DNA of 64,000 bases from Chrysomallon squamiferum (Eukaryota > Animalia > Mollusca), in contig CM022671.1 of the NCBI GenBank assembly GCA_012295275.1, positions 28,272,001 to 28,336,000 of the forward strand, in the 5' to 3' direction. Shown here one piece after another: positions 51,411 to 64,000 of this stretch. Every line of letters begins with the position of its first letter. Position 1 is the first letter of the stretch. The translations under genes were made by a program, and so were the position numbers. The notes under the pieces were generated by a model. It ran no database searches. It was not told the DNA's origin and was given only the letters and a program-made list of their open reading frames with translations.

Positions 51411-54400
51411 TACATACAGAGACACACTTATATGTGAAAAAGATCAGAGATATGTTTTACAAACTTCAGGAATCATATTACATCAGAAGAAATTAAAGAT
51501 CACTTGAAAGCATTTTCCATTTTATGCGTACATTTTAATTCAGGACTGGTATATAGATATGCAGATGTTTATAACAAGATTATCATTTTCTTTATTTATG
51601 ACTTTATTAGTTAATATATGTGAAGTTAGTACCATTTAGAATTAAACTTGCTATTTCTTAGACTTATCTTTTATTTTTTTTCTTCTTGATTATGATACAA
51701 GACAGATATAACAATGTATGTCTATTATTTTCAAAACTATTTCCATAATTATAACTTTATATGTTTAATGTTGTTTAATTATTTTATATGTTGGTAAATA
51801 TATATATATTTATATAATGATAATTTAACTTGAAGAAAAGTATTTATTTGTATGCATAGAACAAGTTACACATTTATCATTTTGTTTTCATAATAATTTT
51901 GAATTAAAATATAAAGTTTGTGGAATTACTGTTTCAGATTCCCATCTTTCTTTTCATTATATTTTATTGTGTTACATTCTAAATTTAATAACAGTATCTG
52001 TATCTAAATCTGTAACTATATATCTATATTTATATTTACATACACATCTTCATCAATACATTGATACTATACACACACATACATATACACATGCATACAT
52101 ACATACATACATAGACATATTTATTTAATTTTATTTTTTTACCTGCTTGCCAAGCACACTGCAACTGGTGTTAATGTTAAATGTTACAGGCTGACAGGAA
52201 TCACTGAGTGCTACTGTTTCCAAAACAAAAAATATTTTGGGTAATTTTTATCGGGTCATCAGTGCTGTGATTATTTGCCTATCAGTAACTTCCTGTCCTG
52301 CAGCTGACTGTTTACTGCCAGCTGGCACTGGCAGTGTAAACTTGACTCCAGATATAACCAACCTTGCTGGTGTTTCATATCTGTGTTTGCAAGTCATCAC
52401 TGTATCTTATTTCCTGAGTTCCTTCTTTTCATTTTATAGTTACATGAGGGATCAGTGAATTGTTTATGAAATATATGTGAAGATACATATCGCCAAGTTA
52501 TTCATTAATTCATCCGCAAGGCATTTTTAATCATAATTGGCTGCACGAGGCTAATGGAATTTTAATATTTAAAAAGAAAGAAAGAATATATATGTATATA
52601 TCCTGTTTTCATTTAAGAATTATTGAATGACACTGAAGAATGATTTTTATTTTTAACCATAAAATGTCACAGTTGTATAACATCTTAGAAACTTGTTCAT
52701 TTAAGAGTATATTAATTTCTTGAATTCTAGGTTTTTGTCATTATTTAGTTACTGTGAAATACTACTAAGAACAAAATCCAGTCTGCATGACCATGTACTG
52801 ACTTTGGTTTTGGTCAGATTTATTAGCTCAGTTTCTGATAAGATATCTCCCTGCAGATGTAGTTAAGATATCATTGTCACGTTGATACGACTGAAACTGC
52901 TCTCCAAGACTGACATAAAGCTGTACAACAGTTCTAAACTGAATGAAATGATTTTCCTTCAGTAATAATCTACAAAACATAAATCAATGTACTCGTAAAA
53001 GTGGCCCTGAAGGCATGGTCAGAGATCATTTGAAAGTTGATTAAGGTTCTTATGAAATTACTGATGTTTCAGTAAAATGGTTTCCTGCACCCAGGGCATG
53101 TCCCACATCTCCCTTGACCTGATGTGATCAAGAAGACTCAGGGAAACAGCTGCTATAAAAACAGATAATGGATTTAACAAGTGCATGTAGTGAAAAAAAC
53201 AGAAGTTTTAACACATTTTTTTTTTTTTTTAACCTTAGAATATAATTTAACTAAAACACATGAGTTCAGAAGAAACTAAAACTAATTTGTGTCATGTTGT
53301 TTTGACCATGTAGTTCAATTATTATTTTATTTTATTATGATTTAATTTTCTGGCATTTTTTTAACATTATTGTTGTGTTATCATTATTATTATTATTATT
53401 ATTATATGAATTTAGACTGTGCTGGGTAATTTATTCTAGAACAAGATTTAGAAGAGTGAATTCTAGTTTAATGATTCATCACTTTGTATTGATATTAAAA
53501 GCTTCTAAGTGTCAGTCATGTGATTTCTGAACAGCAGTGTAAGAAAAGAAACGTGTTTATCTGCAGTAATCTGATTGATTATCTGTAAGCGTCTTACATA
53601 AAAACAAAAATCACATCCTTTAATATCTGATATACCATCCTCAAGGTATTGGCTGGAACAGGAAAGAGCCCTGCAGACATTGATCTTTGACCTGTTCTTC
53701 CTTGGGCAATTTCTCAGACTCCAACCTCAGGAAACAGATATTTTACTTGAGTGAATAATTAGCAAGAAACCTATTTAGCAACTTGAGTGACATTTACCAC
53801 TGACAGGCTGTTTGTTTTGAACCTGGTCTAATAATACAGATAGTGCTGAAATGAACTGTAATAGGTATTTGTTATATGGATTATTTCATGAACTTTGTAT
53901 TTAAAAGATGTTTCATCATGTTTGTTAAAACTGTTTACTGTGTAGTAAAACAGTTTTTCTCTTAAACACAAATAAAATATAAGTATTTAAAAATATGTCA
54001 TTTTATAAATTTAAAATAAATAAATAAAACACTTTATAGATGATTTTTTAAAACAATAATAATCAGATTGGATCTTATTCAAAAGTTAAATACATTTTCT
54101 AGACAAGTTTTGAATAATTTTGTTTGTTTTTTAAATTTTGAAATAAATGGTTTTTAAAAAACAAAATTTAAAATCGTTTTTTAAATACGTGGGACTTTAA
54201 ATATACACAACAGCCAAATTACAGTGTATAATTTTCCTTATGTAGATAATCAGTCATATTCCTTTCAGTCTGCTAAATAACAAGAAAAGTAACTCTTCAC
54301 TAACGAAGTGTAATTTGGGGTAACAGATCGGACGTAAACTGGTTACACTTAATTAAGATAACGATTAAAAAAAAAGTAATAGAGTCAAGGTGGTTGAAAC

Positions 54401-57400
54401 TTTTTATGATCTGTAATGATGCAAAGTGGCAAATTGCACAGTTTTATACTGTACATACAAAAAGAATCGGTGATAGGAAGTAGGCTAATTTGTGGAGGCT
54501 GTTAAGGAGTGTTTGGAATGATGGATGTGTGTGTTGTGTTGGAGATATTTCTGTTTTACAGTGTATGTATGGTAAGTATGTGTGTCATTTCTTCACTTGC
54601 TTCACTGCCTCGAGCAAGACCTACCTTCATTATTGAAATACATGCAAAATATTTTCAAAAATCTGTCAGCCATTGATTGGTAAAACGTAAGAAAAGTATG
54701 CATGGTAAAGTTTATTCTTTTTTAAAGCACAGGCATTTGATACATCACATTCCATTATTCATGTATTACAGTGTGTATAGGACATACATTTGATTTATTT
54801 GATTTTATAAGTTAGTGTTTATGACCATTTTGTTTCTTCTGTTAATATTTCTTTTTTTCCTAACTGCTACTGTTAAAATTACTACTACAACTTATTTTCA
54901 TTTGAACCTGTATTACCATTGAAATTAACTACTAATTTTTTTGTTACTACTAATGCTATCACTACTATTATCATTATTATTATCATCATTATCATCATCA
55001 TTATCATCATTGTTGTTACTGGTGTTCCTACCAGATAAGCATATTGTCATCCCTACTGCGACTGTTAGCTATATTTATTTATATTTAGAATAATAAATGA
55101 TTCATTTGGTTCCTTCCACTGCAGAAAAGAAAAACAAACAGGTTACTGGTAATTTAAAATTTTTCATTTAGACTGATAAATAATGAAAGAGTTGTCTTTG
55201 ACTATTAAGTTAAACACTACAGGGAATGGTGCACCAGAAGAAATTATACAGAGCTTTGGATATGTTAGAGAAATGTATCCTGCAGCTGACAAATAACAGA
55301 CAGGCAGTAGATACCATATCTTAGAAAGATTTGGAATGGTTGGATTGTGAAATGAGAAATATACCTCCAACAATGTGTGTGTGTGTGTGTGTATTTGTAT
55401 ATATATATATATGTGTGTGTGTGTGTACATACATGCATGTATGCATATAATTGATTGTAATAATAATGGTCTTTGTTTACAAAGCTATTTTCAAGTTTAG
55501 TCAAATAACGTTTATTTTTACACCATTAATATTAACTACAATAAGCTGGTGTCAGGTAATCCGATAAATGCAATGTTCTGTAACATGTAGATTTGTTCTT
55601 ATCTCCAGCAGAAAGAGGATTGAACAGACTGATCAAATTTAATTGAAATAAGCTGCTAAATGTAGTTCTGTTGTTTTGTTCCTTATTATTCGTATTAGAA
55701 TAATTGAAATTCAGTTGCACTTTGAAACATTCTTTTTTCCCCATTTTGTTGTTGTTGTTATTATTATCATTATTACTATTATTACATTATTTATTTATTT
55801 ATTTATTCATTATTTTTAAAATAAAAATTAAGTTTATTAATTTATTTTTATTTGTGTTTATTTTTTTTTAGTTGATGCTGTGTGTATTTTGAACGCAAAA
55901 CAAAAAGTATGTCAGTAATCAGCAAGTTCATTGCTAGACTATCTATCACTCTACACATACATCTATCAAAAAGTTTTGTGACTTTAAAAAATAACCACTA
56001 TTAGAAGACAGTATTTTGCATTTAATACTGTAACATTTATTTCTTGAATTTTTCTGGGTTTTTATTTATTTATTTATTTATTTATTTTATTTATTTATTT
56101 AATTTCTCTTTACAGTTTATTTTTAAACACTGTTTATGTATCTGTATAATTTTATCAGATTTCATTTGCTAGTAGATGTATACATCATTTTGCTCATTTA
56201 TTCCAGTAGGTATGTATATATTTGTTATCTGCACTGGAAATGTAATACAATCTGTTCAGCTTCCCTACTGGGTTTCTCAAACATACTATGAGATATTTCC
56301 TGCTGTTGACTGCTGGGGAGAATGTCAAAACTTACTTTAGCACTCTGTCAAATGTGGAAGAAAGAATTCTTTGTGCAGAAAACTATAAATTTTTTCTTCA
56401 CTTTATAGCTGTTGATATTTCATTTGATACTGTTATCTGGAGAAAAGTCAAAAGATATGAGATATATAATATTATTATAAATACGGTAATATCAAGCTGT
56501 TTTTTTCTTTTTTTTTCTTCAAGTTTTATCATTTAAAAAAATTAAAGTTTAGAATTTGTGTGTATATCTGTTTAAGTGAGGAGAGAGAGAAAGAAACTGT
56601 TGGTGTCTAATTTATTATTTTTTATCTGGAGCTAAAATTTTAATTAAATTTAAATAAACTAAAATTTTGGATAAATAATAAATGGAAAGAAAAGGCACAA
56701 ATTAACAATCTATTTTATATTTATCTTATAAAAATGTGTAAACAAAAAAAAAGAATCTGGGATATTAAGAAATGTAATAAAGGTTGTAACATTCAAGTAC
56801 ATACCACGGCTTTTATACAGGACTACCACTTCACTGTTTTGCACCTTTGCTTTGAGAAAATCATGCATTTAATCCTGTGCTGGTAAAGAAATTGGGAATT
56901 TCACCACAAAGCAGAAACTAATGATTGATCAGTTTGCATTGTATTGCTTGCATGCATGTTGAAGTCATGATACAAGAACTAATGCACATGAATGTAGCCT
57001 AATTGTATAGTGTAAGTAATGACTCACAGATGTAAGCCACAGACATTTAATCTAATTCATGAATATATTAAGTGTAATGTGTGCAGTACTTTACTTACAA
57101 AGATTAGATGCCTGGAAAGCTTATTTTATTGTTGGCTACTTCCATTAAGTGGTTTCATAATTAGAGGTTGAGTTTGGAGAAAAGGCTGGCATTAACTGTT
57201 GCAGTACATATATATATATATAAAAAAAGTCTTTTGAGATGGCCATTACTGAATGAAATCTGGCGTCCTTCAAAGGTTTTTGAAACAAGCTATAGGTGAT
57301 TGCTGGAAGATAAGGTGCTTAGAGTTTGGCTTGTTGATAAGAAGCCAGAACGGTTCTTACACCTTGGTGTGTGCAGTGTACCTCAGTTTTCTGTCAGATT

Positions 57401-57468
57401 TTGGCAATTGTACATGTATGTTGAATCAACCAACTTCTCGTCAGTTGATTACTTCAGTGTAGGCAAGT

Positions 57469-58306
57469 ATGGAGAAACCGCAAGGCCGAAATGTGCCTCG
57501 CACAGAAAAGTTTCAACACAATAATCCGGATATTCGTTCTTGTAAAGAATCTTTGTATAACAAAACACTTTCGTGGCTACGCAATTTAAAACCGTGGACT
57601 AAGAACAGATTGGGTACCACTACTCATCTGCCAGAGTCAAAGCATTCTGTAAAATATTCTTCAAGCTCCCGACTGTTTGAAATTGGACATTCTTCACATT
57701 CTTCTGCATTGGAATCAGGACATTCCAGGGATGGGACCAGGTACCCCAATGGAGAAGCTAGGTATCCAAAAGAATCGAGATACTCGTTTAGGGAAACACG
57801 ATACATTGGTCCAGAAAGCAAATACTCAAGTGATGAAGTGAGGTATTCTGATTTTAATTCAGGATGTTCAAATGGAGAAATGGGACACTCTAATTCGGAA
57901 TTCAGGTGTGCTGATGAAAACACAATATTCAATTCATCAGAATATGGATATGGTAATGGGAATGTTGAATATCATAAATCCAAATCAAGATTCTCCATGG
58001 GAGGAGAAGGAAAGAAATACCCAAGTGAATACAGACACTCATTTGTCGAACTGTCACACTCAGACATAGAATTAAGGTATTCGAAACTGGAATCAAAATA
58101 CTGCTCAGATCTGCGAAATTCAGCCAAAAAAGACTTTCGTTCTGATAAGTCAAAATCATCAGTTTCTTTGTCAGACTCGAAAAGTAAAGAAGTTAAAAAG
58201 TATTCTACTAAAGGATCACTGAATGCTGCCACAAGCAATGGCTCTTTCTATAAAGACAGTCAACCAAGATGTAGCTCTACACTGCCCAGAGATTCTAAAC
58301 TTCTTG
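57469..58306 (+). CDS. Ser/Arg/Tyr-rich ORF with heptad repeats; likely an alternative first coding exon of the CDK17-like gene (the unspliced ORF ends at 58323)
   Basis: An 855-nt ORF is unlikely by chance at this AT content. Strong start context agtATGG with an in-frame TAG just upstream; phase-1 donor G|GTGAGA at 58306 matches the phase of the canonical first exon. Confidence 0.62.
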
Positions 58307-60258
58307 GTGAGAAAAATTTGTGAAATAATTTTTCATTTATTTTTTCATTTCATTCTGTTTAAGTATTACCCAAAACAACATTTGTTCTTTTGTTATTATT
58401 GGCATATAGTACAAATTTTATGCCTTTTTGGCATGCTTGAAATGTTTTATTGATTATAAGAACCACATTCTTTGTCATGTAATTACCTTTTATTATTATT
58501 GTTTGATTTATTGATCTGTTAATTTCTGAGAAAGAGTACAGTGATTTGTTATTGCGGAAGTAATTATGATTGTAAATATTAGATTAACTTATTATTGCTT
58601 ATATTTAAAAAAAAAAAAAAAAAATATGTGCTCCAGTTATTTGAATGCAGTATTCTGCACATTCAATCAAAACAGAAATAGAGTTTTATGTTTTTGGACT
58701 ACTGATATGGATTATAGATTGTTTTGCACTTTACCGTTTGGTTCTGGACTGGGGCCAACAGTGGGATATGCATTATAAATTGTGTATCAGTTTGCTATAC
58801 GCAGATATCATTTATCTTTTTAAATTTTTTCATGGTTATTTATTGTTATGTATGCCTAGTGTTTATTTTTGGCATTTATGTTGGGAATTAATTACCTATA
58901 GAAAGTAAAACAAGAGAAGAATTTGGCACCATATCTTAGATCTTTGAGCCTTTAATGGAACATTAGCTCAGTATCTGACATCCTTCATTGTGATGGCTCA
59001 ACTACAGTCCATTCTTTGACCACAGTGTGATGGATTGACCACTGTCCAAATTTTGACCATAGTCTAATGGCTTGACCACGGGCCACAGAGGCTAATCATT
59101 TAATTTTCACTTTCCTTTGTGGTTTGTCTGTTCCTTTTCCTATAATGACAGTGTGTGTGTGAGTCTTAATGGTATCTACAGGAAATCTAATTGGATGTGA
59201 TACCATACAAGAACTGATCCAGTTATACACTATCTGTTTTGTGGTGATTATAATCCTCAGGCTTTATTAGATTATTTATCATCTGTGTTTTCGCTGTTTT
59301 ATAGTTTTCACTCAAACAGTTCACTCCCAAGGCAGCTTGTCTTTTTAAAAGTTTCTTTCATGTTTTTGTATGGTATTTTTACATTTTAATTTAAAATTGT
59401 TAAATGAATGAATGAATGAATGAATATATAGGAACTCTGAGAATTAATGAGGTCAAGTAGAAATATTATTTACTATTATTATTTAAAAAAAATATTAGTA
59501 TTACAATATTTGAAATATAATTACTTTATTAGTGATAAAAGGTTTGCTTTTAATTTGTTTATTTGATTTTCCTTATTCAGTACTCCAGATTTTTGTTATT
59601 TATTACTCAAATAAAATGTGTAAGAATAAACAATTAGTGTAAGTAATTAAAGAATATTATAACTCTCAAAAATATTGAGAAAATGACTCTTTGCAGAAGA
59701 TTTGTTTTGCTCTTTCGTATATGTTTTCATCTCGAGTGTTGTTGTGTTTTAAACAGCTGGACACTTACAGATTGTTTTTCACAAGTTGTTAAGAATTTAG
59801 CTTTTCCTGGATAGGATTGGTTTGTTTCTTGTTACAAAATTCAGTTTCTTTTTACAAAATTCAGTTTCTTTTTCTGCCACATATTAGAAGGAGAGTAACT
59901 AAAAGTACAGTTGACACTCTTGTTTCCAAAAAAACAACAACAATCATGTGTATAATTATTCAAAATCTAGACACCAGTGTTCAGTGTGTGTTGTACAGAA
60001 CAAAGAAATTTTTAGTCTGACAATTTGCTTTGTGTGAATAAGATCATAAATAAAACGGCTGGTGAAGAGGAAAAGGTGGAGACTTCATTAGGTTCATTCA
60101 CTAAGTTTGTCTGTGTTATAAGTCGCATGTAATAACTGTGAAAAGAAAATGAAAAAAAAAAAAAAAAAATCTGTGAGGTCACTTTATTAATTATTTTACA
60201 TACTGAAACTACAAGGGTGTGTCGAGATGGCAATGTTGAGAGTTGCCAGTAGACTAGA

Positions 60259-60322
60259 ATGAACTGTGATCAGCAGGATGCCGATGGCATTCTTGAAGAA
60301 CTCCAGAAATTATCAGTTGATG
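60259..60322 (+). CDS. Putative further alternative first coding exon of the CDK17-like gene: MNCDQQDADGILEELQKLSVD
   Basis: GC-richer block, ATG with A at -3, phase-1 donor G|GTAGGT followed by T-rich intron-like sequence. Confidence 0.42.
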
Positions 60323-63300
60323 GTAGGTTTTTTGTCTTCAGTTGTAGCCTTACAATATATTTTATTTGTGGTAGTTTTGTAATATCTTAATTATGGTACT
60401 GTATTATTTAGTAAATGAATATTGAAATTTTGAATATCTTATCTTTCTTTTTTGATTTGCTGTTCTAAAACTGTTACTGAATTTTCTAATGTAGTAGTAT
60501 TCATAAATAGTTTAAATTTGAATGATTAGCACATTCAGGTATTTAGGAGAGTTAGAAACATGTTTTAAGTTTTTAAAAAGAAAAACCATACCTTTACTGC
60601 CATTTTTAAAAAAAATTGTAATATTTTTATGAATTATATTCCTATAGAAAAATATGTCCTTGTAATTGTAATTGTTTTTAACAAGTTTATTATTATTTTT
60701 TTTTTTTTAAATGTCCTTTATAATCTCTTATATCTTATTCATCATAAACTCATTAAACTAAAAAAATGTTTATTTTGTAACCAGTTGTTCAAACCTCCCA
60801 CCCCCTCTAAAAGAAAAATCCTAAAAAAAATGTATATCATTGTAGACAAACATTTTCTTTCTTGGAATAGTGTCCATTATTAGCATAGTTATATTTTACA
60901 AAAAACTCAAACTATTTTACAGTAAAGTTAATGTAGCGCATTTAACATTTGCACCTAACTCCTTATAATGTGATCTTTTGATATTGGCATCATGTTGCAG
61001 TCATATTTGACACTGTTTATTTCACACTCCAGGCACCACCACAACAATAATAATAATAATAATAGTAATAAAAAAAAGTAATAATGGCCGTGGACTGACA
61101 CATTCTACTCTGTAACCACAAAGTGAGAATTCTATTGTCTGCTGGTTTGGACAGGACCAAGTTTATTAGTTCAGAAGGTGTTAGAAAAATATTTTTCCAA
61201 TTACTGTTTTTTGATTTGATGCACAAGAAGAAACACTGCAACCAGCCATTTCATTTATTTAGCAGATCATAACAATCTGAGTTAATGTTTTAAAAAAATT
61301 CTTCAGTAAATGTGTTTGGTTGGGAATGTGTGTATACTAAACATAAAATCAGTTTTCAATGGAAGTACTTCTAACAGGGTTTCTCTGACTTCTGCAAAAA
61401 GACTTAAGTGTGGAAATACCTCAGAGCACAGTTAAAAAAAAAAAAAAAAAATGTTTTCCTTTGGTACAAACTGTTTGATGTTTTGTCAGGGAATATTTGA
61501 TCTTTGCAAGAATTTCATGGATGAAAAAAAAAGAATAAAAAAAAGCTCTGTGTCTGTACATAAATATAATTATATTGTTGCTAGAAGCATGCAGCTGGAC
61601 ACATTAAATTATCACCATTGCACTTCATGTCAATCACTGTAACATAATAACAGACATTGCTATTACATTACTCTGATTTTGTTTTTTGTGGGTTTGAAAA
61701 AAAAAAAAAAATTAAGTTAGCCAGCTTTTTTTCTTAATTTTCATAAGGAAACAAAAACAATAATATTGAAAGATATTTGTCTTAAAAAAATAAAAAAATA
61801 AAACCCAGTTTAATGCATACAGATATTATGGCAGAAGCTGTTTTCACAATGAGTTTTACATATCAATATTATCAGATGTTTGGCATCTTATAGCTTATGA
61901 AAATAAAAGGATATAAATATTATGCAGTTTATGGTTCGTTAAATTCCTTTTTGTCTGACTGTATTAATCCAACAGTTAGTTATAATTTTATTAGTTAAGA
62001 CATTATGTAGCAGTTTTGAGTACATTTTTTGGTCTCACATTTCCCTAATAATATTATATAGTTCTAGTCTGTGATCTCTTGGTTTGCTGGAAGTCAAGTG
62101 TATACATTCCTGCCTAGAGAACATTTCACATAACTGTCAGTCAGTTAAAGTAGCACTTGGATAGGCAAAAATTCTTCTGTTAACTGGTTTGCAATGATGC
62201 AAATGTTTCACCCAAAATACGTCAAGCAGTCAATAAAAACACATACGTATCCATTCATTCATAATTTACTGCAGCTTCACAATGAACTTGATTAAACTTG
62301 GAATTTCCAGTGTGTTGAGACAGACCCCAAGTTGTGTGAAAATTTGGTCTGCTGATGATGGGGTGATTTGACAGCACATGAGGGTAATTGATTTTACAAG
62401 CTGATCACCTAACCAGGGCACTGTAACACTTAGGGTAAGATGAAAGACCATCATGAACGTATCAGACCTGCCTCCAACCTTTCTGTCAGAAGTGCATAGC
62501 TGCCAGAAACTTTCCAATGTTTACTTTATACACCAGAGCTTCTTCACAGCTGAAAATAGTTCATTGGATAAGCCTGTTTTTAAGTTCTCCTAATGAACCC
62601 ATTAAATTAAGTGTTGCTCCTTGTTTATGTCTGAACAATATGGCGGAGAATGTTTAGATATATGTGCTTTTATTTATTAAATTGAATAATACTGTAGTTA
62701 TTTGTTAATTATTACATGATGTTTACATTAATTTTTTGATATATATATACAGACTGTTTTCATCAGTCACTTTGAACTGATGCATATTACATCTGTGAAT
62801 TAACACATGTAAAGACAACTATATACAACATCCTATAACAACAACAACAACATTAATAATAATAATAATAATAAAATTAAGAAAATTAGTAAGAAACTAC
62901 CCACAACAAGGAAACGAGGAAAAGGAAAGAAAAATCCAACAACAAAACACATTTGTATATGAACTCGGAAGTGTATAAATAAACAATATGTGTATGGTTC
63001 TTTATTACCTTCTTCCAGAGCTGGTGTGAGTACTCTTGTGTTTCCTTGTTTTTGACAAGTCATGTCTTTATAATATTTGTTAAAATTCTTTTATAACTCT
63101 CATGTACGTTTCAATCAGATACTCAACAGAAATTCGTTTGTGGTAAATTCAGACTTGTACTAAATAAAAATAAGAATAAAAATCATAATATTCTCTTAAA
63201 TTTGTATTACTAAACTTCATATGATTAATTTTTATACCCATTAACTGTTTTTTATTTTATTATTATTTTTTTTTTATAAGTAGATTATTAAATCTTGTGT

Positions 63301-64000
63301 TGGCTTATTAATTTATACCTTATCTCAGTAATCATTTACTCATTAGCTTGGTTATTATTTATTATTTGAAAACTTATTTTGTTTAGCAGTGTTGAATTTT
63401 AATTTTGTTATAAAAGTAAAAAAAAAAGATAACTGTTCTTCCTGTTTCTTTTGTTTCTCTTTATAAAGCAGATGTTGCACATTTCATTATCACAGCTTCC
63501 AGAACCAGTTTTGCTGCAGTGCAGAATTCGTGCCAGAACACATGTATACATGTTATTTTAATCCTTAGTTTTACTTGGTTATTCACCCACAAATGAGATC
63601 ATGTCATGGCTGATAACTGTTGGCATGCTTAAAGTTAGTTTTTTTTTTTTTTTTCTTTTGCTGTCAGGATATTTCTCCTGTTTTCCTCTGTTTGATAAAG
63701 TGGGTATTTATTTCAGCTGTCCTGACTAGTGACGTAATAAGTGACCTAATTTGATAAAGGAAGAACTGAAGGTATTTTTAACATTCGTTTTTCAGCAGTA
63801 TTTATCAAGACATTACAAGACAGCCGATGTGAACTGGTGTCTTGAAGTGTTGTAGTAGTTGTCTGTTTTTATGACAAAGATTCTTCTGTTCTGTGACCGT
63901 ACGCATGACGTAATCAGAGACATCCCCGTGTTTTATATTTTCCATGATTGTCATTTCAGATAACACAATTGATATTTCCAAGAATATTCTTAGGAATTCT

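Noticed and set aside
57253-57468. Stop-codon readthrough joining the 69-aa ORF to the 284-aa ORF across TAG 57460-57462
   Set aside because: No readthrough context, the upstream peptide looks non-coding, and ATG 57469 has a strong start context.
57624-58238. Minus-strand and shifted-frame ORFs over the 284-aa ORF
   Set aside because: Shadows of the GC-richer plus-strand coding segment.
59832-59873. 20-bp tandem duplication TTACAAAATTCAGTTTCTTT
   Set aside because: Ordinary slippage duplication with no sign of function.
62266-62517. 83-aa minus-strand ORF in a GC-richer patch
   Set aside because: No recognisable homology or convincing splice signals.

Overview
Very AT-rich, microsatellite-rich, intron-containing animal genomic DNA, probably from an invertebrate bilaterian; the species cannot be determined. 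Four genes are recognisable. (1) An intronless LRRN1/2/3-family LRR-Ig-FN3-TM receptor on the minus strand (1356-3434). (2) The last three coding exons of IMMP2L on the plus strand (32572-34704). No earlier IMMP2L exon is visible, so the LRRN gene appears to lie antisense inside a >32.5 kb intron, the same arrangement as human LRRN3 in IMMP2L intron 3. (3) A 10-exon SLC35B4 nucleotide-sugar transporter on the minus strand (42793-36998). Its last intron is a textbook U12-type intron, and exon 2 carries an apparent 1-nt frameshift. (4) The 5' part of a PCTAIRE kinase (CDK16/17/18) on the plus strand, head-to-head with SLC35B4. It appears to have several alternative phase-1 first coding exons, one encoding ~279 aa with an S-x-x-E-x-R-Y heptad repeat that I do not recognise. 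Also present: a perfect 90-bp AT-rich palindrome, a hAT/Charlie-type MITE, older transposon relics and tandem repeats. Most short ORFs in the track are noise. Comparisons with human proteins and exon sizes are from memory and need checking by alignment.
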